A DNA stretch of 64,000 nt from Polyangia bacterium (GCA_035549075.1 DASZRT010000032.1:48488-112487), one strand, 5' to 3'. Numbered from the stretch's first letter, positions 47,770-58,518 are shown. A program made the numbers and translations. The notes: a model not told the origin generated them from the letters alone.

Positions 47770-49029
47770 CTATTTGATCTGGGCCTCGGCGAAGTCGACG
47801 AGCATTTGGTTTCCGACGGTGCGCGTAATGGTTTTGGGGATTCGCCGCAAATACCAGCGTACGGGCCAGTCGATCTTCTGGCCGGGGGCGAAGGTCGCTT
47901 GCTCGTGGTGGTCCTCGACCTCCTCGTAGCTGCGGTCCTCGCGGTAGTAGACCTCGACCTCGCCGTGGCCGGTGCCGGCGGTCTTGTCGGGGATGTCCTT
48001 GAACGTCTTGATCAACATGATGTCGCCGGCGCCGGTCGTGTCGGGCACGACGTGCGCAACCCAGCCGCCCGACGCGTCGGTCGAGTACTTGCCGTACGTG
48101 GCCGGTGTACCTGGCACGTACTTCGTGTGGTCGAGCCACACGACGCCGTTCACGACGCTGACGCACGCCTTGATCGGCGAGCTCGTCGGCGGTCCGTAGA
48201 GCGGCGCGCTCGACGCGGCTGGCGGCGCGGGGAAGAAGGTGAGGCCGTTCGGGTAGACGCGCGTGACCTCCCAGTGGCCCGTCGTCATCGACGCCGTGCC
48301 CGTGTTCGTGATCGAGTAGACGATGTCGATGGCGCCGGCCGCCAGGTTCGCGGCGAACTTCTTGGTCACGGTGAACGTCATGTTCGCGAACGCGACGGTC
48401 GGGCCCGTGCCCGAGAACGAGTCGTCGTCGGCGACGGTCATCGGGTAGGTCATCGTGTCGAAGGCGGGGACGAGCATCATGTTGGCGCCGCCCTTGGCCT
48501 GCGCGCTGCCCATCCACTGGCCTTCTGGCGCGGTCCAGAACGTCGAGCCCCAGTAGCTGGCGTTCGCGGTCGCGTCGGTGAGGACGTTCTTGCCGTCGAG
48601 GCTGTACTCGACGATGCGCCCGCCCGGCGCGGGATCGACGGTGAACTTCGTCGTGCCGAATTCCAGCGTGTAGACGCCCGCGCGCATGACGGGCAGCGTG
48701 AGGGTCGCGCCGCCCGCGCCGCCTGTACTCGACGAGCCGCCGGCGCCGCCTGAACCACCGGCGCTCGTCGAACCGCCCGTGCCGCCCGCGCCCCCGACGC
48801 TGGTCGATCCGCCGCTACCGCCGCTGCCGCCAACGCCGCCAACGCTGGTCGTGCCGCCGGTACCGCCCGAGCTCGTCGCACCAGCCGTCCCGCCGGTTCC
48901 ACCTGTGCTCGTCGTCGAGCCGACGCTCCCGCCGGTTCCACCGCCGCCGTCGTCGCTCGACGAGCCGCCGCCCGAGCAGCCAACCACCAACAAAACGCCA
49001 AACGAAACCAAGCTCGTCCTGACGCTCAT
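47770..49029 (-). CDS. lipoprotein with Gly/Ser/Thr linker (possible mutarotase-like beta-sandwich domain)
   Basis: Lipobox MSVRTSLVSFGVLLVVGCSGG. Linker GGGTGGSVGSTTSTGG... at 48729..48978. Confidence 0.55.
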   Translation of the reverse strand: MSVRTSLVSFGVLLVVGCSGGGSSSDDGGGGTGGSVGSTTSTGGTGGTAGATSSGGTGGTTSVGGVGGSGGSGGSTSVGGAGGTGGSTSAGGSGGAGGSSSTGGAGGATLTLPVMRAGVYTLEFGTTKFTVDPAPGGRIVEYSLDGKNVLTDATANASYWGSTFWTAPEGQWMGSAQAKGGANMMLVPAFDTMTYPMTVADDDSFSGTGPTVAFANMTFTVTKKFAANLAAGAIDIVYSITNTGTASMTTGHWEVTRVYPNGLTFFPAPPAASSAPLYGPPTSSPIKACVSVVNGVVWLDHTKYVPGTPATYGKYSTDASGGWVAHVVPDTTGAGDIMLIKTFKDIPDKTAGTGHGEVEVYYREDRSYEEVEDHHEQATFAPGQKIDWPVRWYLRRIPKTITRTVGNQMLVDFAEAQIK

Positions 49030-49083
49030 GCGATCGTCGATAGCACGATCCGAACTTTCGTCCTAGCGAGCCCGAGACGTACA

Positions 49084-49827
49084 ATGAGGGCGGTGAGCGC
49101 GCCCACTCCGTCGCTGGAGTCGACATCTTCGCCGTCTCCATGGCGAACGGCGCTCGCGCTCGGGCGCGTCGCGACGCTGCCGACGGTATGGACGAACGTC
49201 CTCGCGGGCGTCGCGTTCGCGGCCGATCCATCGGCGGGCGTCGTGCTCCCCGTCGCGCTCGCGGCGTCGCTGCTCTATTTCGCCGGCACGTTCCTCAACG
49301 ACGCGTTCGACGCGAAGGCCGACGCCGCCAACCGCCCCGATCGGCCGATCCCGCAGGGCCAGGTCACGGCGCGCACCGTCTTCGCCGCGGGCTTCGGCTT
49401 CATGGCGCTCGGCCTGGCGATCCTGTGGGTCGGGCCGGGCGGCGATCGCGCGATCGCGCCCGGCGTCGCGCTCGCCGCGCTCGTCGTGTTTTACGACGTC
49501 GCCCACCGCAAGCTCGCGCTCGCGCCGGTGATCCTCGGCCTGTGCCGCGTCGCCGCCTACGTCGTCGCGTCGCGTGCCGCCGCGCCGGGCCTGCCGCCGC
49601 CGCTCGTCGTCGGCGCGCTGCTGATCCTGTCGTGTCAGGTGACGCTCGGCGTGGTCGCGCGCCGCGAGGCGGCCGAGCCGACGGCGCCGCGCCGCTTCGA
49701 CTTGCTCACGGCGGGCCTCTCGCTCGTCGACGGCGCACAGTTGCTCGCGCTCGGCCACTGGGGCCACCCGCTCCTGTGCGTGGGCGCGTTCTTGCTTGCG
49801 CGCCGCCTGCAGCGCGCGGTGCCTTAG
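49084..49827 (+). CDS. UbiA-family prenyltransferase
   Basis: NDAFDAKADAANRPDRPIPQG (the NDxxDxxxD Asp-rich motif) and multiple TM segments. Confidence 0.7.
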   Translation: MRAVSAPTPSLESTSSPSPWRTALALGRVATLPTVWTNVLAGVAFAADPSAGVVLPVALAASLLYFAGTFLNDAFDAKADAANRPDRPIPQGQVTARTVFAAGFGFMALGLAILWVGPGGDRAIAPGVALAALVVFYDVAHRKLALAPVILGLCRVAAYVVASRAAAPGLPPPLVVGALLILSCQVTLGVVARREAAEPTAPRRFDLLTAGLSLVDGAQLLALGHWGHPLLCVGAFLLARRLQRAVP

Positions 49828-50790
49828 TCAGCGCGCGCGGGCCGCGGCGATCATGTCGCGCGCGACGTCTTTCATGTGGTGCTGCGCCGTCCACCCGAGC
49901 CGCTCGCGCGCCTTGGCTGGCGAGCCGAGGCTCACGCGCAGGTCGCCCGGGCGGAAGAGCGAGCGATCCTGATCGACGTGGTCGGCGGCGCGCAGGCCCA
50001 CGGCCGCGAACGCCTCGTCGACGAACGCCGACAGCGGGTGCGTCTCGCCCGTACAGATGACGTAGTCGTCGGGCTGCTCTTGCTGCAGCATGCGCCACAT
50101 CGCCTCGACATACTCGGGCGCCCAGCCCCAGTCGCGGCGAATCGCGAGATCGCCGAGCAAGAGGCGCTCGCGGCTGCCGTCGGCGATGCGGCACGCGGCC
50201 GCGACGACCTTCTGCGTGACGAAGCGCTCGGGCCGCAGCGGCGACTCGTGGTTGAAGAGGATGCCCGACGACGCGTGGATGCCGTAGGCGCGGCGGTAGC
50301 TGCTGACCTGCCAGAACGCCGCCGCCTTCGCGACGCCGTAGGGGCTGCGCGGGCGGAAGGGCGTCTGCTCGTCCGCGGGCGACTCCGTCTCGCCGAAGCA
50401 CTCGCTCGAGCACGCGTTGTAGAAGCGCACCGGCCGCTTGAGCAGGCGAATCGCCTCGAGCAGGTTGAGCGTCCCGAACGCGATGCTCTCGAGCGCCTCG
50501 GCCGGCTGATCGAACGACAGCCCGACCGACGTCTGCCCCGCGAGGTTGTAGATCTCGTCGGGCTCGACCTCGAGCATCACGCGGATGACGCTGCGAAAGT
50601 CCGTGAGCGCCGCCGACTTGATCGCGATGCGCTCGCGCACGTCGAGCCGCGTGAGGCTCGAGAACGACGCGACGGCCGCGTCGCGGGAGGTGCCGACGAC
50701 CTTGTAGCCGCGCTCGACGAGCAGCTTCGCGAGGTAAGCGCCGTCCTGCCCGCCCACGCCCCAGATGAGAGCGGTCTTCACTGACGACAC
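49828..50790 (-). CDS. gmd: GDP-mannose 4,6-dehydratase
   Basis: LIWGVGGQDGAYLAKLL, FYNACSSECFG, SPYGVAKAAAFWQ, GILFNHESP, LRDWG, QQEQPDDYVI. These match Gmd closely. Confidence 0.85.
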   Translation of the reverse strand: MSSVKTALIWGVGGQDGAYLAKLLVERGYKVVGTSRDAAVASFSSLTRLDVRERIAIKSAALTDFRSVIRVMLEVEPDEIYNLAGQTSVGLSFDQPAEALESIAFGTLNLLEAIRLLKRPVRFYNACSSECFGETESPADEQTPFRPRSPYGVAKAAAFWQVSSYRRAYGIHASSGILFNHESPLRPERFVTQKVVAAACRIADGSRERLLLGDLAIRRDWGWAPEYVEAMWRMLQQEQPDDYVICTGETHPLSAFVDEAFAAVGLRAADHVDQDRSLFRPGDLRVSLGSPAKARERLGWTAQHHMKDVARDMIAAARAR

Positions 50791-50865
50791 TGTACAAGCA
50801 CCCCGCGGGAGGGCGCCACTGCCAAGCGCGCCTGACTTGACTCGTGAGGCGGAGAGAACATTATC

Positions 50866-51720
50866 TTGAATCCGCTAGGAATGACTGCCTCAAACACACA
50901 CGAGCGCGTGCTCGTCATTCGCCCGACGACTGCGCTGTCCTGGCAGGACTTCCGTGATGCCTGGGACTACCGGGAGCTCCTGTGGATCCTCGCGCTGCGG
51001 GACGTGCGTGTCCGCTACAAGCAAGCGTCGCTCGGCGTGGCGTGGGCACTTCTCCAGCCGCTCACGCAGATGCTCGTCTTCACGGTCCTCTTCAACAAGC
51101 TGGCGGGCATCAAGGCCGATGCCGCCGTTCCTTACTCGGTCTTTTGCTTCGCGGGTCTCACGGTGTGGGGCTTGTTTGCCAACGGCCTCTCCCACTCGAG
51201 CGAGAGCCTCATCGGCAGCGCCAACCTCGTGACGAAGGTGTACTTCCCGCGCGTGTTGATCCCGCTCGCGGCCATCGTGACCGCGGTCGTCGACGCTGGC
51301 ATCACGAGCGTCTTGCTCGTCGCGCTCATGATCTGGAAGCACGTGCCATTTCACGCCTCGATCGTCTTCGCGATCCCGATCGCCGCCGTCGCGGCGCTCT
51401 GTGCGGCGGCGCTCGGGTTGTGGATGTCGGCGCTCAATCTGCGGTACCGCGACGTGCGCTACGCCTTGCCGTTCTTCATTCAAATGCTCGTCTACGCGAC
51501 GCCGGTCTTCTATTCGGCGTCGCTCTTGCCCGAGCGCTACCGTGTGTGGCTCACGCTCAACCCCATGGCAGCCGTCGTCGACGGGTTTCGAGCCGCACTT
51601 TTCGGCACGCCGATCCCTTTCGCTCGTCTTGGCGTCGCCGCCGCTATCGCCCTCGTCGTCGGCGCCCTGGGCTTTGTGCGCTTTCGCCAGCTCGAGCAGA
51701 CGTTCGCGGATCGGATCTGA
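50866..51720 (+). CDS. wzm: ABC-2 type polysaccharide exporter permease
   Basis: Six-TM ABC-2 permease. Stop overlaps the ATG of the downstream ATPase. Confidence 0.85.
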   Translation: MNPLGMTASNTHERVLVIRPTTALSWQDFRDAWDYRELLWILALRDVRVRYKQASLGVAWALLQPLTQMLVFTVLFNKLAGIKADAAVPYSVFCFAGLTVWGLFANGLSHSSESLIGSANLVTKVYFPRVLIPLAAIVTAVVDAGITSVLLVALMIWKHVPFHASIVFAIPIAAVAALCAAALGLWMSALNLRYRDVRYALPFFIQMLVYATPVFYSASLLPERYRVWLTLNPMAAVVDGFRAALFGTPIPFARLGVAAAIALVVGALGFVRFRQLEQTFADRI

Positions 51721-53018
51721 TGTCGAACCCGATCATCGAGGCTCGCGGACTCGGCAAGGAGTACGTTCTCGGTGCAAGCGGACGCTCGACGTTCCGTGAG
51801 GCGATCATCGGGGGGCTCGCTGCGCCGTTGAAGATGCTCGGCCGCAAGCGGCCATCGAGGGAGACGTTCTGGGCGCTCAAAGACGTCTCGTTCGACATCG
51901 CGCGCGGCGAAGCCGTGGGAATCATCGGGCGCAACGGCGCTGGAAAGTCGACGCTTCTCAAGATCCTGTCGCGGATCACCGCGCCCACGAACGGCGAGGT
52001 TCGCCTTCACGGAAACATCGCCTCTCTGCTCGAGGTGGGCACCGGCTTTCATCCCGAGCTCAGCGGGCGAGACAACATCTTCCTCAACGGCGCGATCATG
52101 GGCATGTCGCGCGCCGAAGTACGGCGGCAGTTCGACGAGATCGTCGCGTTCTCCGAGGTCGAGAAGTTCCTCGACACGCCCGTCAAGCGCTACTCCTCGG
52201 GCATGTACGTGCGCCTCGCGTTCGCCGTCGCGGCGCACCTGCAGCCGGAGATCCTCGTCGTCGACGAGGTCCTGGCCGTCGGTGACGCGTCTTTTCAGCG
52301 CAAGTGCCTCGGCAAGATGCAGTCGGTGGCATCGGGGGGACGCACGGTCCTTTTCGTGAGCCACAACATGGCCGCCATCACGCGGTTGTGCACGCGCGCC
52401 ATTCTTCTCTCGCACGGCTCCGTCGCTGCCGACGGCCCGGTCGCCAAAGTGGCCGCGGTCTACGCCGGTGGCACCACCGGCGAGAGCCCGACGGAGGTCG
52501 ACTTCCGCAAGCGTGGCAAAGCACCAGGCTCGGAGCACGCCAAGCTGCTCGCGGCTCGTATCATCGGGGATCAACCGGGCTCACCTTCCATCGACATCCG
52601 ACGGTCGTTCTCCGTACAAATGGACTTCGAGGTCCTCACCGACAAGTACGCCGTGAACCCGAACCTTCACTTCTTCAACGAAGAAGGCGCGTGCGTGTTC
52701 ATCACGGGCGACGGATACCTCCGCGAGAACCAACGGCCGCGGTCGCCCGGCGTCTATCGGTCGACCACGACGATCCCCGGCAACTTCATGTCCGAGGGGA
52801 TGTTCTCCGTCGACGTCGCGATCTCGACGTCCGATCCGGTGCTCGTTCACGCGCACGAGCGCGGCTTACTGTCGTTCAACGTCTACGATCCGGGCGAGGG
52901 CGACTCTTTGCGCGGACACTACGCGGGCCCGTTCCCGGGCGCCGTGAGACCGATGTTACCTTGGACGACAGAAAGGCTCGGCGCCGTCGTCAACCTCAGG
53001 GAGAGCGGAGAAGCATGA
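51720..53018 (+). CDS. wzt: polysaccharide ABC exporter ATP-binding protein with C-terminal glycan-binding domain
   Basis: Walker [13 protein letters not shown] signature YSSGM, Walker B ILVVDE. An extra ~180-aa C-terminal domain follows. Confidence 0.85.
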   Translation: MSNPIIEARGLGKEYVLGASGRSTFREAIIGGLAAPLKMLGRKRPSRETFWALKDVSFDIARGEAVGIIGRNGAGKSTLLKILSRITAPTNGEVRLHGNIASLLEVGTGFHPELSGRDNIFLNGAIMGMSRAEVRRQFDEIVAFSEVEKFLDTPVKRYSSGMYVRLAFAVAAHLQPEILVVDEVLAVGDASFQRKCLGKMQSVASGGRTVLFVSHNMAAITRLCTRAILLSHGSVAADGPVAKVAAVYAGGTTGESPTEVDFRKRGKAPGSEHAKLLAARIIGDQPGSPSIDIRRSFSVQMDFEVLTDKYAVNPNLHFFNEEGACVFITGDGYLRENQRPRSPGVYRSTTTIPGNFMSEGMFSVDVAISTSDPVLVHAHERGLLSFNVYDPGEGDSLRGHYAGPFPGAVRPMLPWTTERLGAVVNLRESGEA

Positions 53019-53785
53019 AGGCGGTGATCCTCGCGGGCGGCCTCGGCACCCGAATCAGCGAAGAGACGCAGGTGCGGCCCAAGCCCATGGTCGAGATCGG
53101 GGGGCGCCCGATCCTCTGGCACATCATGAAGCTCTACGCGCACCACGGCGTGACGGAGTTCGTCGTGTGCCTCGGCTACAAGGGCTACGTCATCAAGGAG
53201 TACTTCGCGAATTACTTCGTTCACAACTCGGACGTGACGTTCCACCTCGCCGACAACCGTGTCGAGGTTCACCAACGCAAGGCCGAGCCGTGGCACGTCA
53301 CGCTCGTCGATACGGGTGAGAAGACGCAGACGGGCGGTCGACTCAAGCGCGTGCGCCAGTACGTCGGCAACGAGACGTTCTGCCTCACTTACGGCGACGG
53401 CGTGTCGAACGTCGACATCGGCGCGTCGATCAAGTTCCACGAGTCGCAGGGCCGCCTCGCTACGGTCACGGCCATCACGCCGCCGGGTCGCTTCGGCATG
53501 CTGACAATGGAAGACCGGCGCATCACGGGCTTCTCCGAGAAGCCGCCCGGCGACGGCGCGCGCGTCAACGGCGGCTTCTTCGTGCTCTCGCCCAAGGTGT
53601 TCGACTACGTCGCGGGCGACGCGACCGTGTGGGAGCGCGAGCCGCTCGAACGCCTCGCCGCCGACGGTCAGCTGTCGGCGTTCATCCACGAGGGCTTCTG
53701 GCAGCCCATGGATCACCTGCGCGACAAGGTGCTGCTCGAGGAGCTGTGGAGCTCCGGCGCGGCGCCGTGGAAGATCTGGGAGTGA
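53015..53785 (+). CDS. rfbF: glucose-1-phosphate cytidylyltransferase
   Basis: [18 protein letters not shown] and overall RfbF/DdhA similarity. ATGA overlap with wzt. Confidence 0.9.
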   Translation: MKAVILAGGLGTRISEETQVRPKPMVEIGGRPILWHIMKLYAHHGVTEFVVCLGYKGYVIKEYFANYFVHNSDVTFHLADNRVEVHQRKAEPWHVTLVDTGEKTQTGGRLKRVRQYVGNETFCLTYGDGVSNVDIGASIKFHESQGRLATVTAITPPGRFGMLTMEDRRITGFSEKPPGDGARVNGGFFVLSPKVFDYVAGDATVWEREPLERLAADGQLSAFIHEGFWQPMDHLRDKVLLEELWSSGAAPWKIWE

Positions 53786-54855
53786 CCAACCTGGGCGCGA
53801 CGGACTCGTTCTGGAAGGGCCGGCGCGTCTTCCTCACGGGCCACACCGGCTTCAAGGGCGGTTGGCTCGCCGTCATGCTCGAGCGCCTCGGCGCCGTCGT
53901 CACGGGCTATTCGCTCGCGCCCGAAGGCGACCGGACACTGTTCGCGAGCGCGCGCGTCGATCGGCACGCGAAATCAATCATCGCCGACATTCGCGATCTC
54001 TCGGTGCTGCGCGCAGCGGTCTCCGCGGCGGCGCCCGAGGTGGTGCTGCACCTCGCGGCGCAAGCGCTCGTGCTGACGTCTTACGAGCGGCCGCTCGACA
54101 CGTTCTCGACCAACGTCGTCGGCACGGCGAACGTGCTCGAAGCGGCGCGCGAGACGTCGTCGGTGCGCGCCGTCGTCGTCGTCACGAGCGACAAGGTCTA
54201 CAAGAACCGCGAGTGGGCGTGGGGCTACCGCGAGAACGACGAGCTCGGCGGGCGCGATCCGTATTCGAGCAGCAAGGCGTGCACCGAGCTCGTCGCGGCC
54301 TCGTACCGCGACTCGTTCCTCGCGGCGCGCGGCGTGGCGCTGGCGACGGCGCGCGCGGGCAACGTCATCGGCGGCGGCGACTGGGCGGCGAACCGCATCG
54401 TGCCCGACTTCGTGCGCGCGACCATCGCGGGCGAGCCGCTGCGCGTGCGTAACCCGGCGAGCACACGACCCTGGCAGCACGTGCTCGAGCCCATCGAAGG
54501 CTATCTCGTGCTCGCGCGCCGCCTGCTCGAAGATCCGAAGGCGTACGCCACAGGGTGGAACTTCGGTCCGCCGCCGGACGCCGTGCAGCCGGTGCGGCGC
54601 CTGGCGGACGATCTCGTGGCGGCCTGGGGTGACGGTGCTTCCTGGCGCGCCGAGACGGTCGACCAGCCGCACGAGGCCGGCCTGCTGACGCTCGACGCGA
54701 CCAAGGCGCGGCGCGAGCTCAGTTGGACACCGCGGCTCGGGTACGAACGGGGCGTCCGCGCCACCGTCGACTGGTACCGGGCCTATGCGCGCGGCGCCGA
54801 TTGCGAGGCAAAAACGATCGAACAGGTTGACGCGTATCTCGACCCACAGTCATGA
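53782..54855 (+). CDS. rfbG: CDP-glucose 4,6-dehydratase
   Basis: [20 protein letters not shown], an SDR YSSSK catalytic motif, and RfbG-length C-terminus. GTGA overlap with rfbF. Confidence 0.85.
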   Translation: MTNLGATDSFWKGRRVFLTGHTGFKGGWLAVMLERLGAVVTGYSLAPEGDRTLFASARVDRHAKSIIADIRDLSVLRAAVSAAAPEVVLHLAAQALVLTSYERPLDTFSTNVVGTANVLEAARETSSVRAVVVVTSDKVYKNREWAWGYRENDELGGRDPYSSSKACTELVAASYRDSFLAARGVALATARAGNVIGGGDWAANRIVPDFVRATIAGEPLRVRNPASTRPWQHVLEPIEGYLVLARRLLEDPKAYATGWNFGPPPDAVQPVRRLADDLVAAWGDGASWRAETVDQPHEAGLLTLDATKARRELSWTPRLGYERGVRATVDWYRAYARGADCEAKTIEQVDAYLDPQS

Positions 54856-56009
54856 TCGCGACGCCCATGTCGCATCCTTCGGCGCCTCCTCACCTCCCCG
54901 TCTTCATCCCCTCGATCGGCGTTGACACGCTCAAGGCGGTCACGGACGCGTTCCACGTCGGCTGGCTCGGCATGGGCGCCTCGACGCTCGAGCTCGAGAC
55001 GAAGATCGGCGCCTACCTCGGCATCGGCGAGCGGCGCGTTCTCGCGACGAACACCGGAACGTCGGCGCTGCACATCGCGCTCAAGCTCGCGGGCGTCGGC
55101 CCCGGCGACGAGGTCATCGTGCCCTCGTTCAACTTCATCGCCGACCACCAGGCGATCAAGCAGTGCGGCGGCGTCCCCGTGCTGTGCGACATCTGCGACG
55201 ACGACCTCGGCGCCGATCCCGCGGCCGTCGAGGCGCTCGTCACGCCGCGCACGAAGGCGATCCTGCCGCTTCACTACGCGGGCATCCCGTGCCGCATCGA
55301 CGCGCTCCGCGCCGCCGCGCGCAAGCACAACCTGCGCATCGTCGAGGACGCGACGCACGCGTTCGGCAGCGTCGCGCGCGGCAAGAAGGTCGGTAGCGAC
55401 GGCGACCTCGTCTGCTTCAGCTTCGATCCCGTCAAGATCATCACGTCGATCGACGGCGGCGCCGTCGTCCTGCCGTCGTCGGACGACATGGCGCCAGCGC
55501 AGCGCCTGCGCCTGCTCGGCATCGATAAAGACACCGTCGAGCGTTACAAGAACACGCGCTCGTGGGAGTACGACGTCCTCGACGAGGGCTACCGCTACCA
55601 CCTCACGAACATCAACGCCTCTATCGGCCTGTCACAGCTCGCGCGCGTCGACGAGTTCATCTCGTCGCGCCAGCGCGCCTGCCGCCGCTATTCGGCGGCG
55701 CTGAAGGACGTCCCGGGCCTGCGCGTCCCGCAGAGCGACTACGAGGGTGTGTCGCCCTTCATTTACTTCGTGCGCGTCGACAAAGATCGCCGCCTAGGCC
55801 TCATCGACGCGCTCAAGAAACAGAACATTGCCACCGGCATCCATTTCCTACCGACGCATAAGTTCACGATCGCGCGTCAATGGCCGCGCGGCCCCATGCC
55901 CGTGACCGAGCGGGTGTGCGACGAGGTCGTCACGCTGCCGCTGCACTCGGGCATGAACAACGAGACGGTCGACCGGGTCGTCGAGGCGATCCGGTCGTAC
56001 CTGACGTAG
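54852..56009 (+). CDS. DegT/DnrJ/EryC1/StrS-family PLP-dependent sugar aminotransferase (acting on a CDP-4-keto-6-deoxyhexose by context)
   Basis: SFDPVKII PLP-lysine region and the family fold. At 385 aa it is aminotransferase-sized, not E1 (RfbH)-sized. Confidence 0.75.
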   Translation: MIATPMSHPSAPPHLPVFIPSIGVDTLKAVTDAFHVGWLGMGASTLELETKIGAYLGIGERRVLATNTGTSALHIALKLAGVGPGDEVIVPSFNFIADHQAIKQCGGVPVLCDICDDDLGADPAAVEALVTPRTKAILPLHYAGIPCRIDALRAAARKHNLRIVEDATHAFGSVARGKKVGSDGDLVCFSFDPVKIITSIDGGAVVLPSSDDMAPAQRLRLLGIDKDTVERYKNTRSWEYDVLDEGYRYHLTNINASIGLSQLARVDEFISSRQRACRRYSAALKDVPGLRVPQSDYEGVSPFIYFVRVDKDRRLGLIDALKKQNIATGIHFLPTHKFTIARQWPRGPMPVTERVCDEVVTLPLHSGMNNETVDRVVEAIRSYLT

Positions 56010-56016
56010 CGTCGTG

Positions 56017-56763
56017 CTACTTGACGCGCTTGAGGAAGCCCTCGGGCGCGACCGAGATCAGCAACTTGTGATCGTAGCCCTCGTCGACGACGAACGCGTC
56101 CGTCTCCGTCAGAAACTTCCGCACGGCCGACAGCGGGCTGTTGCCCGGACCCCACGGGCGATTCGGGAACAGCTCTTTCGGCGCGTGCTCGACGGACGTG
56201 TCCATGACGACGATGTACGAGCCGACACTGACGAGCTTCGCGTAGCGCCTCAGCTCGTCGAGCACGTGCTCCTCGGTGTGGTTCGAGTCGAGCACGACCA
56301 GGACGGGGCCGTCCTGGCCGACCTGCGCGATGACTTTCCCGACGGTCTCATCGCTCACCGACGAGCCTTGGATGAGCCGGATTCGCTTCGCCATCGGGTG
56401 CGCCTCAATGGCCTGGCGGTTGTGCTCGCGGATATCGATGTCGACCGCGATGACGCGGGCTCTCGGATCGCCTATGAGCTCGAGCATCGACGCGAAGAAG
56501 ACCGCCGAGCCGCCGTGCGCGACGCCCGTCTCGACGATGACCTTCGGTTGCACCGCCCAGACGACCTCCTGCAGCGCGACGATGTCCTGCGGGAATTGGA
56601 TGATGGGCCGCCCCATCCACCGGAAGTTGTAGGTGTATCCGTGGCGAGCGGTGTCGAGCATCCACTTGCGGCTGAGGGCGAGGAGCTCTTTGTCCGCGCC
56701 TTGCTCCGCGAGCGCCTTCTCACGCTGCGCCTTGAATTCTTCTTCAGGAGTCATGGGCCTCAC
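56017..56763 (-). CDS. CmcI/cephalosporin-hydroxylase-family sugar O-methyltransferase-like protein
   Basis: IVETGVAHGGSAVFFAS...VLDSNHTEEHV is characteristic of the CmcI-family class I methyltransferase fold. Confidence 0.65.
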   Translation of the reverse strand: MRPMTPEEEFKAQREKALAEQGADKELLALSRKWMLDTARHGYTYNFRWMGRPIIQFPQDIVALQEVVWAVQPKVIVETGVAHGGSAVFFASMLELIGDPRARVIAVDIDIREHNRQAIEAHPMAKRIRLIQGSSVSDETVGKVIAQVGQDGPVLVVLDSNHTEEHVLDELRRYAKLVSVGSYIVVMDTSVEHAPKELFPNRPWGPGNSPLSAVRKFLTETDAFVVDEGYDHKLLISVAPEGFLKRVK

Positions 56764-57359
56764 TTATACAAATAGATCGTGAACTCCCACAGCGGGTAGT
56801 CGTGCCGGAGGGCGACTTTCGGGGTCATGTTCTTCCCCATTCGCAAGAGCTCGGACGGATCGTAGTGAAAATTTCGAGGGTGCTGGTAGTTGACGTAGGT
56901 GCTGAGGAAGTTCGCGGCAACACCCTTGGTCGACAGCTCGAGCATTCGTTCGAGCATCCGCCGCGTAAACGACAGATTGTCCTCGAGCTTGAAGCTGAGT
57001 GCGCCGCTCAGCAGGTGCCAATCGGCCGTCGCCGAGTAGCCCTCGTCGAGGATGTCGGCGCGCGTGAAGCGAAGCTCCGGGTGTCGCGCGCGCGCGACGG
57101 TAAGGAGCTCATCCGAAATGTCGACGCCCGCGTACCGTACGGGTCCGATCGTCGACGTGAGGTACGGCTCGAGGTCGCCGAACCCACAGCCGACGTCGCA
57201 CACCGAGTCCCCAGCGCGTACGCCGATTTCCGAGAGGACCTTGAACCGCAGCACCTGATCCTCGACGCTCTTCCACCCGACCGAGCGGACGTCGTAGCCC
57301 ATCTCGGCGACGCGGTCGGCGTAGAGCTTCAGGAGGGCGTCGCGCTCGTTCGTCTCCAC
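56760..57359 (-). CDS. class I SAM-dependent methyltransferase
   Basis: VCDVGCGFGDL motif I. ATGA overlap with the downstream gene. Confidence 0.75.
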   Translation of the reverse strand: METNERDALLKLYADRVAEMGYDVRSVGWKSVEDQVLRFKVLSEIGVRAGDSVCDVGCGFGDLEPYLTSTIGPVRYAGVDISDELLTVARARHPELRFTRADILDEGYSATADWHLLSGALSFKLEDNLSFTRRMLERMLELSTKGVAANFLSTYVNYQHPRNFHYDPSELLRMGKNMTPKVALRHDYPLWEFTIYLYK

Positions 57360-57363
57360 GGCT

Positions 57364-58518
57364 TCACTTGTTCGCGTCGATCAGCTTGCGCATCTTGCCG
57401 AGCGCGACGTCGATGGCGTCGAGAGGCTCCGTGCCGAACGAAACGCGCACGAACGCATCGCACGAAGCGCCGTACCCTGAGCCGGGAACGACAGCGATAT
57501 GATCCTCTTTGAGGAGGCGGGTCGCGAACTCTTCGGACGACAGCTTGGACGGCGCTGTCGACACGAAGAAGTAGAAGGTGCTGCTGCCGGGTAGCACGCC
57601 GAGCCCATGCTTCTCGAGGAGGCGCGCCACCTGCGCGCGCTTCTCGGAGAGCGTGACGATCTGCGGGCGACACACCTGTTGCAGCTCGTCCCAGTGCTTC
57701 GCGACGTAGTACTGAAGGATCGTCGCGGGGCACGTCACGACGTGCTGGTTGATCTTGAGGATTTGATAGATGAGGTCGGAGCGCGAGAAGACGTATCCGA
57801 GGCGCCAGCCCGAGATCCCGAAGTTCTTCGAGATCGAATTGCACACAATCGTGTTGCGTAGCTCGGGATCGATCTTGCCGAACGACGTGAAGCCGTCGTC
57901 GAGCACGAAGTCACTGTAAGCCTCATCGGCGAGGATGAACGCGCCGTGCTCCCGCGCGACGCCGAGCAGGTGCTCCATGTCGGCCCGCGACAGAACCTCG
58001 CCGCGTGGGTTGTGCGGGTTGTTGACGATGATGAGCTTCGTTCGCTCGGTCACATAGCGCGCGTAATCTTTGACGCCGCATGAGTACGGCATCATGACGG
58101 GCTTCGCACGCAGCAGCTTGACCTGTTCGGGGTAGCTGACCCAGGTTGGCTCGTGGATCAACACCTCGTCGCCCGGGTTGAGGACGGCCATCATCGCGAA
58201 GTAGATGGCCGCCTTCGAGCCCACCGTCATGATGAGCTGAGTCGAGGGGTCGACCTCGACCTTGAACTCACGCTTGTAGTGGCGCGCGACAGCGTCGCGC
58301 AGCTCGGGGATGCCGCGCGAGTGCGAGTAGTGGTACAGCGTCGGGAAAGGCAGATCGTCGAACGTCCGCAGCGGGACGTCGAAGTACGCCTCGCCCAACG
58401 AGAGCACCGTCACATGGACACCGTTGCGCTTGAGATCGTAGACGAGGTTGTTGAAGCGGATCGAGACGGCCTCGATCGAATCGGAAACAGCTTGATTGAG
58501 GGGAAAATCTGACTTCAT
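57364..58518 (-). CDS. class I/II PLP-dependent aminotransferase
   Basis: NPHNPRGEV and SISKNFGISGWRLGY (the Schiff-base lysine). Start at MKSDFPL. Codon GC3 is slightly lower than its neighbours. Confidence 0.8.
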   Translation of the reverse strand: MKSDFPLNQAVSDSIEAVSIRFNNLVYDLKRNGVHVTVLSLGEAYFDVPLRTFDDLPFPTLYHYSHSRGIPELRDAVARHYKREFKVEVDPSTQLIMTVGSKAAIYFAMMAVLNPGDEVLIHEPTWVSYPEQVKLLRAKPVMMPYSCGVKDYARYVTERTKLIIVNNPHNPRGEVLSRADMEHLLGVAREHGAFILADEAYSDFVLDDGFTSFGKIDPELRNTIVCNSISKNFGISGWRLGYVFSRSDLIYQILKINQHVVTCPATILQYYVAKHWDELQQVCRPQIVTLSEKRAQVARLLEKHGLGVLPGSSTFYFFVSTAPSKLSSEEFATRLLKEDHIAVVPGSGYGASCDAFVRVSFGTEPLDAIDVALGKMRKLIDANK

